From Eledone cirrhosa (Eukaryota): 64,000 nucleotides of DNA. Below are positions 14,433 through 28,589 of this stretch, in pieces. How positions within the stretch are numbered: the first letter of the stretch is position 1; each line of letters starts with the position of its first letter. The position numbers were made by a program, and so were the translations under genes. The stretch covers positions 101,804,001 to 101,868,000 of the forward strand of contig OZ024743.1 of assembly GCA_964016885.1 (NCBI GenBank). The letters run 5' to 3'. The notes under the pieces were generated by a model, which had not been told where the DNA came from, did no database searches, and saw nothing but the letters and a program-made list of their open reading frames with translations.

Positions 14433-14516
14433 TACATATATATATATATATGTGTGTGTGTCTGTATGTATGCATATATATATGTGTGTATGTATGTATA
14501 TGTATATATGTATATG

Positions 14517-15070
14517 TCAGGTCACCAGTTGGTGCTACTGGTAACATGTATCCCAGTACAACCTGTCTCATGGTCGGGTCGTTGACGACTAAACTAGCAA
14601 CCCCACCAAGGTTTCTTGATGAGGAGGGTAACTTTGGACATCCTGCAGGACTAAAAACAAAACCTGTCAAAGGGCAAAGGAGCTCTTAAGAGTCAATGGC
14701 CATCCAAAATCACCGGGAGAGATGACCCCTTAGCTTTTGTCAAGGCAGAATTCTAGGAGAAGGAAAACTCTGATATAACACCTGCAACCCTGATGGTATC
14801 CAATGATGTTCACTTGTTATTCTTTTTGGTAAATATCATCTTGGTTAAGAGAGTGGGACTGGCTTTGTGCAGTGCCTTTGCTCACTATAAAAGCTTCGCG
14901 GCACAGGCATTGCTTTATATCTGGAGATCTCTCTGCACTTGTCGTCACATGGTGTCATGGGCCCAGCACTATGTGTCAATAATTTTCACAGGTGTAGTGT
15001 TTGTACCAGAGTTTTCAAGTCGCTGGCGGGACTAGTGGTCGTACTCGAAAACGAGTTGGCAGCCACCATA
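14517..15070 (+). mobile_element. Bipartite non-autonomous RTE derivative (5'UTR-like region fused to the RTE 3' end)
   Basis: The 5' part is homologous to 3517..3930. Bases 14940..15070 match the reverse complement of the RTE 3' end at 43290..43465. Confidence 0.7.
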
Positions 15071-15072
15071 TG

Positions 15073-15137
<65 letters not shown>

Positions 15138-15259
15138 CTGTGTGTGTATGTATATATATACATATATTTTTATGTGTATATCTATATATGTGTATATGTG
15201 TATATCTATATATGTGTATATGTTTGTATATGTTTGTATATATATATATATATATATGT

Positions 15260-15630
15260 ATTAGAAAGTGAGGTTTTCTTTCAAAATGAAAAATAACCGA
15301 AGTGTCCTACACGAGTGAAAGTATAAAGAAAAACAGATGAAATCGAAAATGCAACTGCAGTCTTACTTAAAAAAAAATATATATATTTATTAGGTTCCTT
15401 TACCGGTTTCGCTGTTCTTCTGCTTTTCAAAAGTAGAGTTGAGATGGAGGGTCTGTGGTTTTTCTCACATCTGTAAGAAAAACGACAGATGTGAGAAAAA
15501 CCGCAGGCCCTCCATCTCAACTCTACCTTTGAAAAGCAGAAGACCTGCTAAACCGGTAAAGGAACCTAATAAATGTATATATTTTAAAAAAAATAAGACT
15601 GCAGTGGCATTTTCGATATCATCTTTTATT

Positions 15631-15635
<5 letters not shown>
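15260..15635. mobile_element. Fold-back pair of pseudo-LTR ends of the PLE at 37381..41600, each with a degenerate family D hammerhead (15398..15433 minus; 15527..15562 plus)
   Basis: The arms are mutual reverse complements and match 37385..37600 and 41390..41600. Confidence 0.85.
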
Positions 15636-15728
<93 letters not shown>

Positions 15729-16114
15729 ATGTATATGTATATATGTGTATATATATATATGTATGTATAAGTATATATGTATATATGTGTGTATGTGAAT
15801 GTAGCGAAGATAATTCCTCTCCAATGACGTGTTAGTCAGAATATCGTTATGCATACAGCCAGACATACAGACAGATATTATAATGGCTCGACGACGATCG
15901 ATAACCGGCGCCTAAAACCCCTTTAACAACAGAAAAGTGAAAAACAAAAGCGGCAGTTAGTATCTTTAGACTGCCAGGAATATATAAATGCAAGTTTGGA
16001 GTAGAAATGTGGATTTGTCTAGACTTTGCAAAAATGAGGACACACACACACAAACAACATCAGTTTTATATATATACATATATACATATACACATACTCA
16101 TTTGCATATACGTG

Positions 16115-16158
<44 letters not shown>

Positions 16159-16367
16159 CATATATATACATATATACACACATATATATATATATATATA
16201 TATTTATACATATATATATACATATATATACATATATATGCATATATATATACATATAAACCAATCCTAATATATATATATGTAAAAGGTAAACAGAAAT
16301 AACAACACAATCGGTACAGTATATGCAATGATATATTATGTTAACGCATGATATAGCAGGAAGAGTG

Positions 16368-16403
16368 TCTTAACGTTTCGGACGCTGGTCCTTCGTCAGA
16401 AGA
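16368..16403 (-). ncRNA. Minimal type-I hammerhead ribozyme (family A), intact
   Basis: TCTT CTGACGA A GGAC-CAGC-GTCC GAAA CG T T AAGA, within a ~190-bp element at 16281..16466. Confidence 0.85.
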
Positions 16404-16535
16404 AAGAATGAGAAATAAGATATATTGAGGGGACGGGCGGGATGCAATTGGAAAAAAATGTCTCTCTATATATATATATATGTATATATGCATACATATA
16501 TATAATATTTATACATACATACACACAATATATAT

Positions 16536-16600
<65 letters not shown>

Positions 16601-18629
16601 CACACACACACATACATAATATATATTGGTCACCGCTGCTCGCTTGTCGCTATTTTTTACGCTCGTAAAAATACTCATTAAACTATAATTTCCTTGTTTA
16701 AAAACCATTTTCAAAGCATTGTAAAATAAAAGTATACACATATTAATGTTTATAAGGTCTGAATTTTGAAAGTATCGTCTGTATTCTTCCAAATTTTATT
16801 CATATTATGATACAATTCTGAAATATATTTTCCCACTTGGAAATTATTTTGAATCAACATCAAAGAAAGTAACATTTTCATAATCCACTCTAAGTTCGAT
16901 ACATCGTAGTGATTTTTCTGTACATAATGTATAAATAATATCTCTATTTTATTTCTTCTATCATTATTTATAGTAATGTTGGTGTCTGAAAAACATACAT
17001 CGTTAAATTTTACTGCTCGGCAGAATATATAACAGCCAGTTGTTTTTCATATATTTTGTATATTTATTTTATTCTCGAAATACGATATATTAAAAATATT
17101 GTCGACTGCTTTACTTATATTAATATATATTTTTTTTCTGATATCTTTCGCTAAAGAATTTTATTTTATTTTACATCATTTATTGAAATAGTTTAGTTAA
17201 GTAAGTATTTCGTTGTATTTATCTAATTAATAGGTTATTGAAATATTGTAATTGGTATTCTATTTCAATATTTAGTATTTATTTAATTATTGAAATATAT
17301 GAGGTAGGTATTTTTTATTTCATTTTAATTACTTCTTTAATTAGTTATCGACATATTAAGGTAGGATTAAGCATTTTGTTTACTTTACTAATGAGGAACA
17401 CTAAAAAATGTTTGTTTCTTCTGAAATCCCAGCACAGGAAGAACAATGTGATACTTCCATAATAAACTTTGTTGTGTTTTTGTGCCGGTGTAAAGAGACT
17501 AGATTGTTATCTCCCTAATGAAGGATGTTTTCCAGATCTCTGTCTGTGGAATCGGTCCAAATGAAACGGGAATTAAGTTACATGTAGGCTAGGGATACAC
17601 TGAAGATTAAACTTTCGAAGAGTGATACAATGTGCTTAAGAATTCAATTGTTTAGACGTATTAGACGGTAGGCTATTAATGTATGGAATACAGAATGTGG
17701 AAAACATTGTCGAAGCCTGCTGTGAACCAAAGTCGCAGTTCTGTCAATGGTCGCTGGGGTCTACAGATATGCGAAACATTTTCTTATCGAAAATATGGGA
17801 GATGGATGGCATCTATAAATGTGTAATTAAGCTGAGAAACTCTTTTGACTGATATAGTCGAAATCGTTGTCGTGACCAAGTGCAACAACATCAGCTCTTA
17901 AAACGTGTTATAGCTTAATTTGATTGATGTTTATTTTAGGTAAAATGGCTACGTATATGCTGCTTTACCTCATTTATATTAGGTGACCCAACTAAAAATG
18001 ATATACACTTACCACTCCCCAGATTGACTTATTATGGTGTACCCCGTCCACAAATTCGATTTTAAAATATCAGTCTTGTGGTGACAACATATGTTAACAA
18101 ATAAACACCGAAGCAGTTTTTCTTTTCTTAGTTTGAGAGATCTCATTTCATTTTGTTTGATCATTCTATCACTTAATAGAACAACCGTTAATTTCTTTGA
18201 AATCCAGATGAATTTACTATTAAAACATATGAAGTTTCTTAGAATCCGGCCACACAAAATCTTACAATAAATTCAGGTCAATATTAATTGGAAATAACAA
18301 AGTCAATAGATTCGCATCAGCATCTACCAATGTACTTTTTTTCTTTTGATCTAACTGCTATCCTAATTCTTTCTTTAAATTCCATTTAAAAATAAATATG
18401 TTTTCTTTCATCTTGTCTGTTTATAAATCGACGTGCTAGTATTGCTTCTAATCAAAATCAAATTATGTTTCCAATACAGTAAAGATGTCTGTTAATAAAT
18501 ATTTTGAACATTCAGTTCTAAATTAAGATATAGAATCTAGAACATTAATATAGTTGTACTGTAAAAACTATAATTGCAATTCGATTGCATACGCACACAC
18601 ATGCATGATTATACCTTCGCATACAGTTA

Positions 18630-19400
18630 TTAGGGTGGCGAATTGACAAAGGCTTTAGAACGTCGGATATGTTTTGCAGTATTTGTTTCACCTCTCTCCG
18701 CTCTCTGAGTTCAAATCACACTGAGGTTAATTTTTGAGTCTAGTAAAAATTTACTAGGCCAGTACTGGGGAAGAATCTCCCTTCCTCTATATTTCTTTCC
18801 TACTTCCTCTCTCTCACTAACCTTTCTTTGGAAGAAATTGGCTGGGGAGGGGATGGGTTTCGGCAGGTTTAAAGTGACAAAGACCGCGCCTCTACGACTC
18901 AGTCAGAGTTACTGGTCTATACATACATATTAGCATACCAAACAATATAGTTTACAGAATATTATTTGTATTTCCAATTACCTATTTCTAATACAGGCAC
19001 AGTCTCAGTACATTTGGAGGAACGGCAAATTTATTTAAATGAGAACCAGTATTGATCGGTACATTATTTCAGTGACTCTGGAAAGATGAAAGGCAAAGTT
19101 AAATTCAGAATGTAAATAGCCAGAAGAAATATGACTATAACAATCTACCCGACGCTCTACCAATTCTGTCAGTTCACCACTCTTGTTGATATTTAATTTA
19201 GGCACAAAGTTAGTAATTGTGGAGAAGGGAAATATCGATTAAATCGATTAAATTACTTTACAGGTACTTTATTTTATCGATGATAGAATTATGGAAGGCA
19301 AAATTTGCCTGGGTGGGACGTGAATTCAGAACGTTAAGAGCCGTAAGAAATATTGCGACACACTTGTCCGACGTATTAACGACTTTGCCAATCCTTCAGC
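18630..19400. mobile_element. Cluster of three degraded tRNA-derived SINE copies (about 18630..18770 plus; 19000..19190 minus; 19200..19400 minus)
   Basis: Shared motifs CTGAGTTCAAAT / GATGAAAGGCAAAGT / GGTACTTTATTTTATCGA. Confidence 0.65.
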
Positions 19401-19552
19401 CCATTTCATTTTCAAATATTACTAAGCTGACGATATGAACTACGAGAACAAAAAGTATATTTCAAGGGAAGATCCGTGTTAGTGGGACGGGATCTGTTCC
19501 AGATATCGGATGTTTCTTGTTTGAAGTAAGCCTTGTGATATATATATATATC

Positions 19553-19605
<53 letters not shown>

Positions 19606-19732
19606 AATTATTCGTTTTTTCCCTTTCTTTGCCAGCGAACGTTACCACGAACCAAAGTATCGTCTTCCTGTCTTCCTCCGGTTGCAACGTTTTTTGAAAT
19701 ATCCAGTTCTGCGTTTACAGATTGACTTTGTT

Positions 19733-19783
19733 AGTTTCAGAAGATCCCGTTAAGGGTGAAAGCAGCGATTCTTTGCTTAAACT
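19733..19783 (+). ncRNA. Type-I hammerhead-like motif (family C) with U4A core variant
   Basis: AGTTT CAGAAGA T CCC-GTTAA-GGG T GAAA GCAG-CGATTCT-TTGC T T AAACT. All three stems form. Confidence 0.65.
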
Positions 19784-19799
19784 TTAATCTGTTATTTTA

Positions 19800-19839
<40 letters not shown>

Positions 19840-19841
<2 letters not shown>

Positions 19842-21263
19842 TAGCAGCTGAGCCTGGTTGCACCCGGGGCCACTTTTTATTAAGTTAATAATTTGAAAAA
19901 TATTATTGAAAGTTTATTATAAAGAAGCAGTTTCAGGAAAAAAAATAGAAATATGCACTTGGGGCTGCACGGCGTACAATGAGAAGTGGAGCGACGTGAA
20001 AAGCGTTGTTTATTAACAGCGAAATAGCAATGTCGATGATATGCAAGTTTGAAAATGCAAATTATGAAGGTTTGTATGATAGTTTACACTTTGATTGCCT
20101 TGGTCTGGTCAGCAAGAGAGGCCTCTATATATTAGACGTTTATTAGAAGAGGGGGAAATAACTAACCCCAGTATTAGAACAGGGGGTTCGCAATGTAAGG
20201 GTTTTATTTCTTTTGTTAGAAAACAGTGACCCTTTTCGGTTTGGCATTTCATAAAATTCTACTGCAGAATCGATTTCATAAAACGGTACTGTATGATCGT
20301 TATAGAAGTATTTACATTTAATATAGAGCAACTGTAATTGAAAAATGAAAATGAAACGTACTGTAGAAGGCAACAGTTTATTAACAGCGAAACAACGTTG
20401 TCATTGATATGTTATTTTAAATAAGACAATGAATATTTAAAAAAAAAACTGAATTAATTAACTCAGCAACCAAAGGGCTTATAGATCCCATTCCTTAAGT
20501 TTACATGCATGTATTCTTTAAACTTTTCATTTGACTTTGAAAAATACTACTTACTGTTAGTGGTGGTTAACATGTATTAGAATTAAAATAAAAATGATAA
20601 TGCCAAACCGAAAAAGGTCACTGATTTCTAACAAAAGAAATAAAACCCTTAATTTGCGAACCCCCTGTTCTAATACTGGGGTTAGTTATTTCCCCTCTTC
20701 TAATAAACGTCTAATATATAGAGGCCCCTCTTGCTGACCAGGGCGATCAAAGTGTAAACTATCATACAAACCTTCATAATCTGCATTTTTAAACTTGCAT
20801 ATCATCGACATTGCTATTTCGCTGTTAATAAACAACGCTTTTCACGTCGCTCCACTTCTCATTGTACGCTGTCCAGCCCCAAATGCATATTTCTTTTTTT
20901 TTCCCTGAAACTGCTTCTTTATTATAAACTTTCAATAATATTTTTCAAAAACAGCAAAAGAACGTTGTGTTTGATATGTTATGAAAAAATTGATGAGTTT
21001 AAAAATGTGTATGAATAAATAAGACAATGAATATTGAAAGCGACTACGGAAAATAACTCATCCAAGTATTAGAACAGGAGGAAATAACTCACCCGAAGCG
21101 ATAGTAAATAGACCGTTTGGGGGCCCTAGGGACCACATTTTTCAAGTTAGAGATTTTTACATAGGTGTGTCAAATTTTCATGTCCGCCCGACCACATCTA
21201 CTACCATTTAACCGTGCACAACTGAATTTCAACCACCACCCATTTCACAAATATATATTAGAT
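19840..21263 (+). mobile_element. Helitron/Helentron-like element containing a ~350-bp internal inverted duplication
   Basis: Starts ACTAGCAG...CCTGGTTGCACCCGGG and ends ...ATATATATTAGAT. The arms at about 19895..20250 and 20598..20950 are reverse complements. Confidence 0.55.
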
Positions 21264-21419
21264 ACAGCGAGAGAGAGAGAGAGGGATGTAACATGCCAAC
21301 GGTGTCATACATACATATATCGACAGTCAATCGACTTTCGTCAAATCGGTCCGAGGAAACAATGTTTCCAATGGTCTTTCCAATTTAAAATACTATCTAT
21401 CGGTGGCAACTCCAGGGAG

Positions 21420-21540
21420 AAGGAGCAGCGTGAAATAAAGTGTCTTGCTCAAGGACATAACGTATCGGCTGGTCTAGGAATCGAGCTCATAACCTCACGA
21501 TTGCGAATCCAATTCTCTTACCACTCAGCCACGCGCCTTC
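21420..21540 (-). mobile_element. Second SINE family, tRNA-like head (other copies about 57060..57290, 58430..58580, 61380..61475)
   Basis: Shared motif GTGAAATAAAGTGTCTTGCTCAAGGAC...GAATCGAGCTCATAACC. Confidence 0.6.
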
Positions 21541-21914
21541 CCCCCACATATATACACATATGTATACACATATGTCTAGATATATATATATGGATTCGCA
21601 ATCGTGAGGTTGTGAGTTCGATTCCTAGCTGTTGATAGCGAATGGATGGCTGTCGTTTATTTATCTAATATTTCTTCGTAGGTGCCTTTTAATCTTATAG
21701 CCTGGTTTAATTGTTTTTTTTTGTGTGGTTGATTATGCTAATTGGGAGTTGAAATGGTGTATATATAATATCAAATGATTCTATGGACATACTTTATAGT
21801 ATATTGCTCTGATTATTATATTTATTAATTCATCATTGAGCCACATTGTGAATGGTTGCCAAAACATATATATCTATGATTTTGTCTACTTTGTGTATTG
21901 TCTAGTTTGTGCAC

Positions 21915-24730
21915 TGCCAGGCCAGGGATTTCTGGAAGATGTCCATAGGCCTCGGTCTGAAAGTTCTCTTGATGAGAGCGAACATCTGATCGTCTTCGAC
22001 GCCCAGGGTCTCCCGGAGAACGCCAAGCTCTTTCCCTCCACTAGCCCTCTATAGAACGCCGAGGTGGATGTTCCACCGATACCAGTGCCCAGCTGGTAGG
22101 GGTGGTGAGCGCTTGGAGATACTCCAGCTTCCAGGCGCTAACCCTCGGTCTTTTCCTGATCCAGGACTGCAGCTCAGTCAAGGAGACGAGCTGGGGAAAA
22201 GCGCGTCAGGCAAACGGCGACCACACCTGTTCACCGTCAAAGAAGCACCAGAGATGTCGCAGCCTCAGCGCATGTTTGCGCATCATCAGCCATGGCATGC
22301 CTAGTCATCCACGCAACGGGTGTTGACAGCAAATGGATCATCTGACCATGGGAGCACGTCCCTTCCACAAAAGGCGGAAGAGAAGGCGCTCCATTTGGTC
22401 AGAGTTGGGCGGCGACAAGGTACGAGGGTCAGGCGGTAGCAGATGATGGACGCTATGTACGCATTCTCCCCCTGCGTCCGACCTTTCAGAGACAGCCTCC
22501 TCTCGGCTCATTTCTGGGTGAGAGAGGCCAGCAGGCTCGTCACCTTGCTCCAGTTTTTCTCCATCTGGAGGTCCGAACCGAACCAGACCCCGAGCAATTT
22601 AACCGGTCCTTCCGTCCAGCTCCCGACGACGCTGTCGGACGGCATGGACTTGCCTCTCCAGGTGCCGAGTTGCAAGCCCACCGACTTTTCCTGGTTTATC
22701 TTTGCTCCTGTAACCTCTTCGTATTCCTTGAGTGCGGTGCCGAGCATCTGGACGTGTTTGGTGCTCAACACCACCACGGTGACGTCGTCGGCATAAGCTG
22801 ACACGGATCACCCGCATCCCAGTTCCCGTGGGACCGCCCTCATCGCCTCCAATTTGTACACTAACGGCTCGAGGGTCAGTACAAGAGAGACGAGAGGGGG
22901 CAACCCTGGCAGACCGAGCGCATGATACTGAAAGGCTGCGACAGGTGACCATTCACCATCACAATCGAGCAGATGTCCCTGTGCATCGCAGCGATCCAGC
23001 CCCTAAAAACGGGCCCGAAGCCGGCCGCCTCGAGGACCGCAGCCAGGTACCGATGCTCGACCGTATCAAATGCTTTAGATAGATCCAAGTTGATCAGGGT
23101 CCCACCCGTGCCAGGTTCCTTATCCAACCTCTCTATGATGTATTGCATTCGATGGAGGTTGTCGTGGATGGGTCTGTCCGGGATGGATGCGCCTATCCCA
23201 CCAGATCACCGACGACAAGCGCCAATCTCTTTGCTAACACCTTGGCCAAAATCTTAAACTCTACGTTTAGCAGAGTTATGGGCATGAAGATGTCTATAAC
23301 GTCCCCCTTGTTCGGGTCTTTTCTCAGTAGCGTCACCGCTCCCCGGCTCACAAAACTGGGAATGCTTCCGTTCTGCTGTCAGTTGCAGTAGACATCTGAC
23401 AAGAGGTCACTGAACAAGTCTGGCATATACGCATAAAGCTCGTAGGGCAGACCATCCAAACCTGGAGATTTACCCCTCGTGCAGTCAGACATCGCTTCCC
23501 GTATTTCACCTGCTGTTATCGGCTTTTCGCAGCACTGCGCTGATGTCGTCAAGAGCCGCGGCAGTCCGTCGAGGTATGCACCGAAGTCCATAGTCCGACC
23601 GGCCCGCCGCCGCTCCCGAACAATTGAGGAAAGTGCTGTTGAAAAGCCGCACACATCTGCTCGGTTTCGGGCAGCATGCGCCCGTTTTGATCGGGCAAAG
23701 ACCGACTTTTGGCCTTGTTGCCACGTCGCGCCTTCCCCACCCGGGCCCATTGAACGGCTTTCGTCCCCTCGTGTCTTAGAGCCCGCGCTCTAGCTCTCAC
23801 AACGCAGCCTTCATGCTTTGCGTTGAAGAATTGGTCGAGTGCCAATCTCGCGGCAAGCACGTCAGTTGCGATGCCTGTCCTAAACGCCTCTTCTAGCTTT
23901 CTAACTAACTCTTCCTCTACTCTATTTTCCTCTATCACTACTCCTTTGCTAAACCTTATTGATTCTACTCTAATAGCCCTTCTCAGGGTAAACCACTACC
24001 TGCTGTTGACGATCGCACCAGTCAACACACGCTTAACTAATTCGCTAATCCGGTCTCTTTAAGCTTTGCGCGCCTAGAACGACGTGTTCAGCTTCCAGTA
24101 GCCGGGCCCTTACATATGGAGTCTCAATGAGTCAACTTCACAGATCACAAATTTATGGTCCGTGTAGTCGACTACTTTAAATTGTGGACAACCTACACTT
24201 ATCTGTTTCCCTACAGAATACCCTATCTAAATACGATCTGGATGACTCGATGCGGTTTGCCCATGCCCACATTGGCACATTCGGATAATCCAGTCTATAC
24301 CTGTCAGACAGTTCAAAACGTATGTGCAGGTTGTTGAGGCTTTTACTCCCTCCTACTCTGTCTACTAGCCCCACATAATCCCAACGTGCATTTAGGATAC
24401 CGTTCCAGTCGCCCAGTAACACTAATAAACAGGACGTTCCAAGAAAGGTCTCTAGAAGTCTGAAGAAATCTGGCCGTCCTGCCCTTGTTGGGGCGTAGAC
24501 GGCTACTAGCCTGAAAGCATTGCCTTCGCTGCTGGTCACGTCCAGCACCACCGACTCTGGCTCCAGGAAGATGGCTCGTATGCCGAGATCCAAGCCTCTT
24601 CGAAAAAGCACTGCCACCCCTCCACCCGATCTTGGATGGCTGGGAGATAGGTATACATCGTAGCCGCCGAAGATAGGTGCGAAGGCTCGTGCTTCGGTGA
24701 TTCTGGTCCCGCTGATGACCACCACATCTA
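21915..24730 (-). mobile_element. Degraded Tx1/L1-type LINE ORF2 (APE endonuclease + RT)
   Basis: APE motifs (GGGVAVL, VAVYAP, LLGDWN, SYLDR) at 24177..24725. RT motifs KSPGLDGLP, NLDLSKAFD, QGCPLS and SAYADD lie in successive frameshifted ORFs. Confidence 0.9.
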
Positions 24731-25439
24731 TGCGAGTGCCTCGATGCGCTCCTGGTCAGTCTGTATTAGCATTTGCATGCCTATTCCTGACCAGTTCTCT
24801 CTTCCCAATCTCTGTATTTGCAATATGGTGGTCTTCTCCTCGATTCCTGCCGTCCAGACGCAGCCAGCCAAGGTATGGGCACGTCCGGTGCAATTTGTAT
24901 TGTTGCTGTTGGTGTTGTCGTTGTTTATTTCCTTGTTAGTGGTGTTAATATCATTGTTGAATTTGTTGTCATTTTTTTCTGTTGTCTGTATTTTGGTTGT
25001 CGCTGTTATTGTTGGTGTGGTAATATTTTCAAAATGAATGTCCTCTGTGTTGCCTTTGTTCACGTTGTTTGTGGTGGTGTCACACAACAGCGGACATATT
25101 ACTAGGGGGCGTGGCTCAGCCATGTTTCTTTTTTTTTCAAATAATTTTAAAAAGTAAAATGTTCAAATATTTGGGCCAAAAGGCCCAAATATTATACTTT
25201 CCCCTTCACAGGGCAAGGTCTAAGGGCTTATATCCCTTACACAATAAGAAATATTTAACAACAAATAATTTTAACAGGCAAATAAAGCGACTTACTGGGA
25301 GCGAACAAAAAGCGTCCGAACAGACCGGTAATATTAATAATAATAATAATAATAAAAATATATATATACACATACACACACACATATACATATCTACACA
25401 CACACACACACACACACGAACACACACACAATAACAATT

Positions 25440-25535
25440 AACGGTACTGCGATCGAATGTGGCTTTTTAGCCCAGCCAATAATCTAAAATGTCTTGCACA
25501 GAGTTGGCAAACAAAACATTCACTAGCAGTAGCCA
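25440..25535 (-). mobile_element. Short RTE 3' fragment (last zinc finger, family of 4152..5108)
   Basis: Reverse complement of 4628..4712. Confidence 0.75.
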
Positions 25536-25629
<94 letters not shown>

Positions 25630-25910
25630 GAAAAGTATTCCATAATATATAAGTGACTATAACGTTAAAATGGAAAAATAGTTAACGTAAGATGTGGGAA
25701 AATAATTCAAACTCAATTCAAAAAGAATCAGGATATAGATTCATCCACAGAATTTGGTGAAATCCAGGGAAAATCAATAGAGCCTTAACTCAGAATAAAA
25801 TAAAGTTTAAAATACTCATCCTTCAATTTGGAAAAACTACAATTCTCTGTATAGTCTTAAAGAGAATTTCACGAAACTTTCGGTGGGGATGGTCACGGTT
25901 GGAATCGATC

Positions 25911-26004
<94 letters not shown>

Positions 26005-26161
26005 AGGAAAAAGTTCAAGATCCCGACGGCAGAGCTCAAGCCGTTTCGACGGCTATTTCTGGAGGGTTCTTGAACTTTTTCCTGTTACCCAGTCTACTAC
26101 CCTAAGTATTGAGTACTCTGGTGCGTTATGGTCCATCTGGCTCCTTACCAGACTTCCTTCG

Positions 26162-26165
<4 letters not shown>
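26005..26165. mobile_element. Tiny fold-back remnant of the family E PLE pseudo-LTR (also 35930..36090 and 51366..51522)
   Basis: Shares CCGACGGCAGAGCTC... and CTACTACCCTAAGTATTGAGTACTCTGGTGCGTTATGGTCC with the ends of 26201..28523. Confidence 0.8.
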
Positions 26166-26200
<35 letters not shown>

Positions 26201-26202
<2 letters not shown>

Positions 26203-28518
26203 TAAAAGTATGACCCCGACGGCAGAGCTCAAGCCGTTTCGACGGCTATTTCTGGACTAAATTAGAATTTTAGCCTGGTGAATAAATAGCCGAATGTATC
26301 AAGGGGGTACTTCCTTATATGGGAAGATTGTAGTTGTCAAGAGGATTGGTTAACATTTGTTGTAAACACAAATAAGTCTATCATGGCATTTGGTGGGACG
26401 TAGGGGTGGCTGAACTTGCCTGTAGAACAATAGGGGAGTGAGTGGAGCGGTCAAGCGCTGAAAGTGATATGTATACATCAGAGTCTAAGGATAGTGTATG
26501 AAGTGGAGGAGGGAGGTTATAGAATAGGTAAATCGAATGAGAGTAGGAGACAATAAAAGATACTAGAAATAAAAAAAAATATATAAAATTAGATGATGAG
26601 AAATGAATAAAAAAAATTACAATGCTATCTTACAATTACAGGTTAATAAGTTGAGAATAGAAAAAACTTGTAGAAATTACAAAACTGATACAAAATTAAA
26701 GGGGTTAAACACATCTGCTATAAGTAGTTAGTAAAACGTATTCGGCCAATACTATCTTAAAATTACAGGGGTGGGGGAACTGATGCTACAAGGCCCGATG
26801 GGCTGCATCGGGATAGGCGAAAGGGGAAAAGCAGACGAGGAAGAAAATAGGAGGTGGAAGGAAGTGATAGGGTGAGACAGGGGAAGAAGAAGACAAAGAG
26901 GAAAAGAAAAGAGATACATGTACCTATGTAAGCTGGGGTTTCCACTAACTTATTCGGAAATTGGGGGGGGGGGGGTATCAGCCCTTGTCTACCCACCCGG
27001 GTCGTTATACGGTTTGAGGGCGAGGTAAGTCCTACGCAATCTGTGTTTGCATGCGATTACCAGTTCGCCTTTCTTGTTTACGAGTTGGTCCTTCGAAAAC
27101 AGCATTTGTAATGTTTCCTCCGAGCATAAGTTACACGGACAGCGTCCTCCCGTGTAAGAGCTACCTCTGGACAGTAAGCTCGAAGTGAGATTGTAGGTTA
27201 TATTATTATCTTGGAAGTCCCAGATGTGGCCCGAAAGTGTAGTGGCATGTCGCCGGACCGGGTTTCGGAAAGTATGTCGGTAGAACCGGGTCTTGAAGTC
27301 ACACGCGGTTAATCCTATATAAGCTTTGTTGGAGGTGTCCTTCCTCACGTTGCACTGCTAGATCACGTTACGTTCTCGGCATTTGTTGTTGAGGGGGAAC
27401 GTAGATCTATCAGGGCAGTTACACCTCCTAGTCGGCTCTCCACTGATGTGTAGGTTATTTCTTCCATAGGGGTTGAGTTTTTTGTTGTTTGAGGAGACGA
27501 TGTTTTGTCCGAAGTTAGGTGTGGTGCTGTAGGAGAGTTTCATGGTGTTTTTGTTGATTATGTTGTGGTAGCGGTGTTGTAGTGGGAAGTGTTTTTCGAG
27601 GAGTCTAAAGAAGATTTTCCTGGTAGGTGTTGCCACCTCGGCATTGTGGGGAGGATGGAACCACGTTACGCTGCGTGAGCGGCGGTGTCGCCTGCTGGTT
27701 CTGCTAAGGGAAGCTGGATAAAAGGATATTTCCTCCCGGAAGCCACTCCGCTTGAGGGCCTGATTGTAATGAGGCGCGTGTTCGTCGTATATCTGCTCAT
27801 TAGCGGACAAACGAGATATACGGAGCGAGATGTTTTTAACCAGGTTATTCGTGATATTTCTAGGATGGTTAGAGCGGCGGTCGATGTAGTGCAGGTTGTC
27901 GTTTGGTTTCCTGTATGGGTATTACAGATCATTTTCGAGGTTAAGGGAACGTCCAGGAAATTGACTCGGCTTAGGGACGTTTGTAGGGGGATTTTAAATC
28001 CCCATTAGAATTTAATTAGTTGTTTACGGACCCTACTGGGAATGCAGGAAACATTTCGGTGAGTTTAAATAGTAGGAATAATCCTATAAGATCTGTGACC
28101 TCGGCCGAATCCGTCGCGCCCATACTGACGTTGAAGGGGGAGTCGGAAGCTCTATTTATCCACTTGGAGTTGTTGAAAAGTAGGACTGTCTTCCTGGCGT
28201 GGAGAATGATATTTCTTTCCTATTTTGCTACAGAGTTGTTGTAGGAATCTGTTGTGTCTGGGTTTGAATTTAATGCTCTTGACCAGGTGGAAAAGTCTTT
28301 CTCGAAGGGTGAGAGCATAGGGTTCGGAGGGGGAGATTTATAGGTATTGAATCAGAATCTCTCCTTGGTGTCGAAGTCCTGATTGTCGCAGTATCTATCG
28401 TAGAAAAAAGTTCTCAACCCCGTCGGGGTCATTCTTTTATCTATTTCGCACTCTACTACCCTAAGTATTGAGTATTCTGGTGCGTTATGGTCCATCTGGT
28501 TCCTTACCACAATTCTTT

Positions 28519-28523
<5 letters not shown>
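26201..28523 (-). mobile_element. 5'-truncated Penelope-like element (Naiad-like), RT C-terminus + GIY-YIG, with inverted pseudo-LTR piece at 28420..28523
   Basis: FNVSMGATDSAEV, VNFLDV, SNHP, VTWFHPP, CNC..PL..C linker, AYIGLT..FKTRF and CNLCSEE. It is inserted in (TA)n. The clade label is recalled from motif similarity. Confidence 0.85.
26213..26308 (-). ncRNA. Hammerhead-like fold in PLE pseudo-LTR (family E), aberrant core
   Basis: CCCC TTGATAC..[CGGCTATTT...AAATAGCCG]TC GAAA CGGC-TTGAGCTCT-GCCG T C GGGG. The stems and GUC site are good, but the core deviates from consensus. Confidence 0.5.

Positions 28524-28582
<59 letters not shown>

Positions 28583-28589
<7 letters not shown>

Noticed and set aside
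17480-17900. Possible old CR1/L2 fragment or host exon
   Set aside because: Only a short RAINVWN-like peptide is visible, which is insufficient support.
24728-25123. 131-aa Asn/Thr-rich ORF as a host gene
   Set aside because: It is low-complexity sequence directly upstream of the Tx1-type endonuclease, more likely an ORF1 or spacer remnant.
26330-27810. Selenoprotein/SECIS feature as known for some Naiad PLEs
   Set aside because: The visible Cys-motif positions are not in-frame TGA codons, and no SECIS could be recognised by eye.
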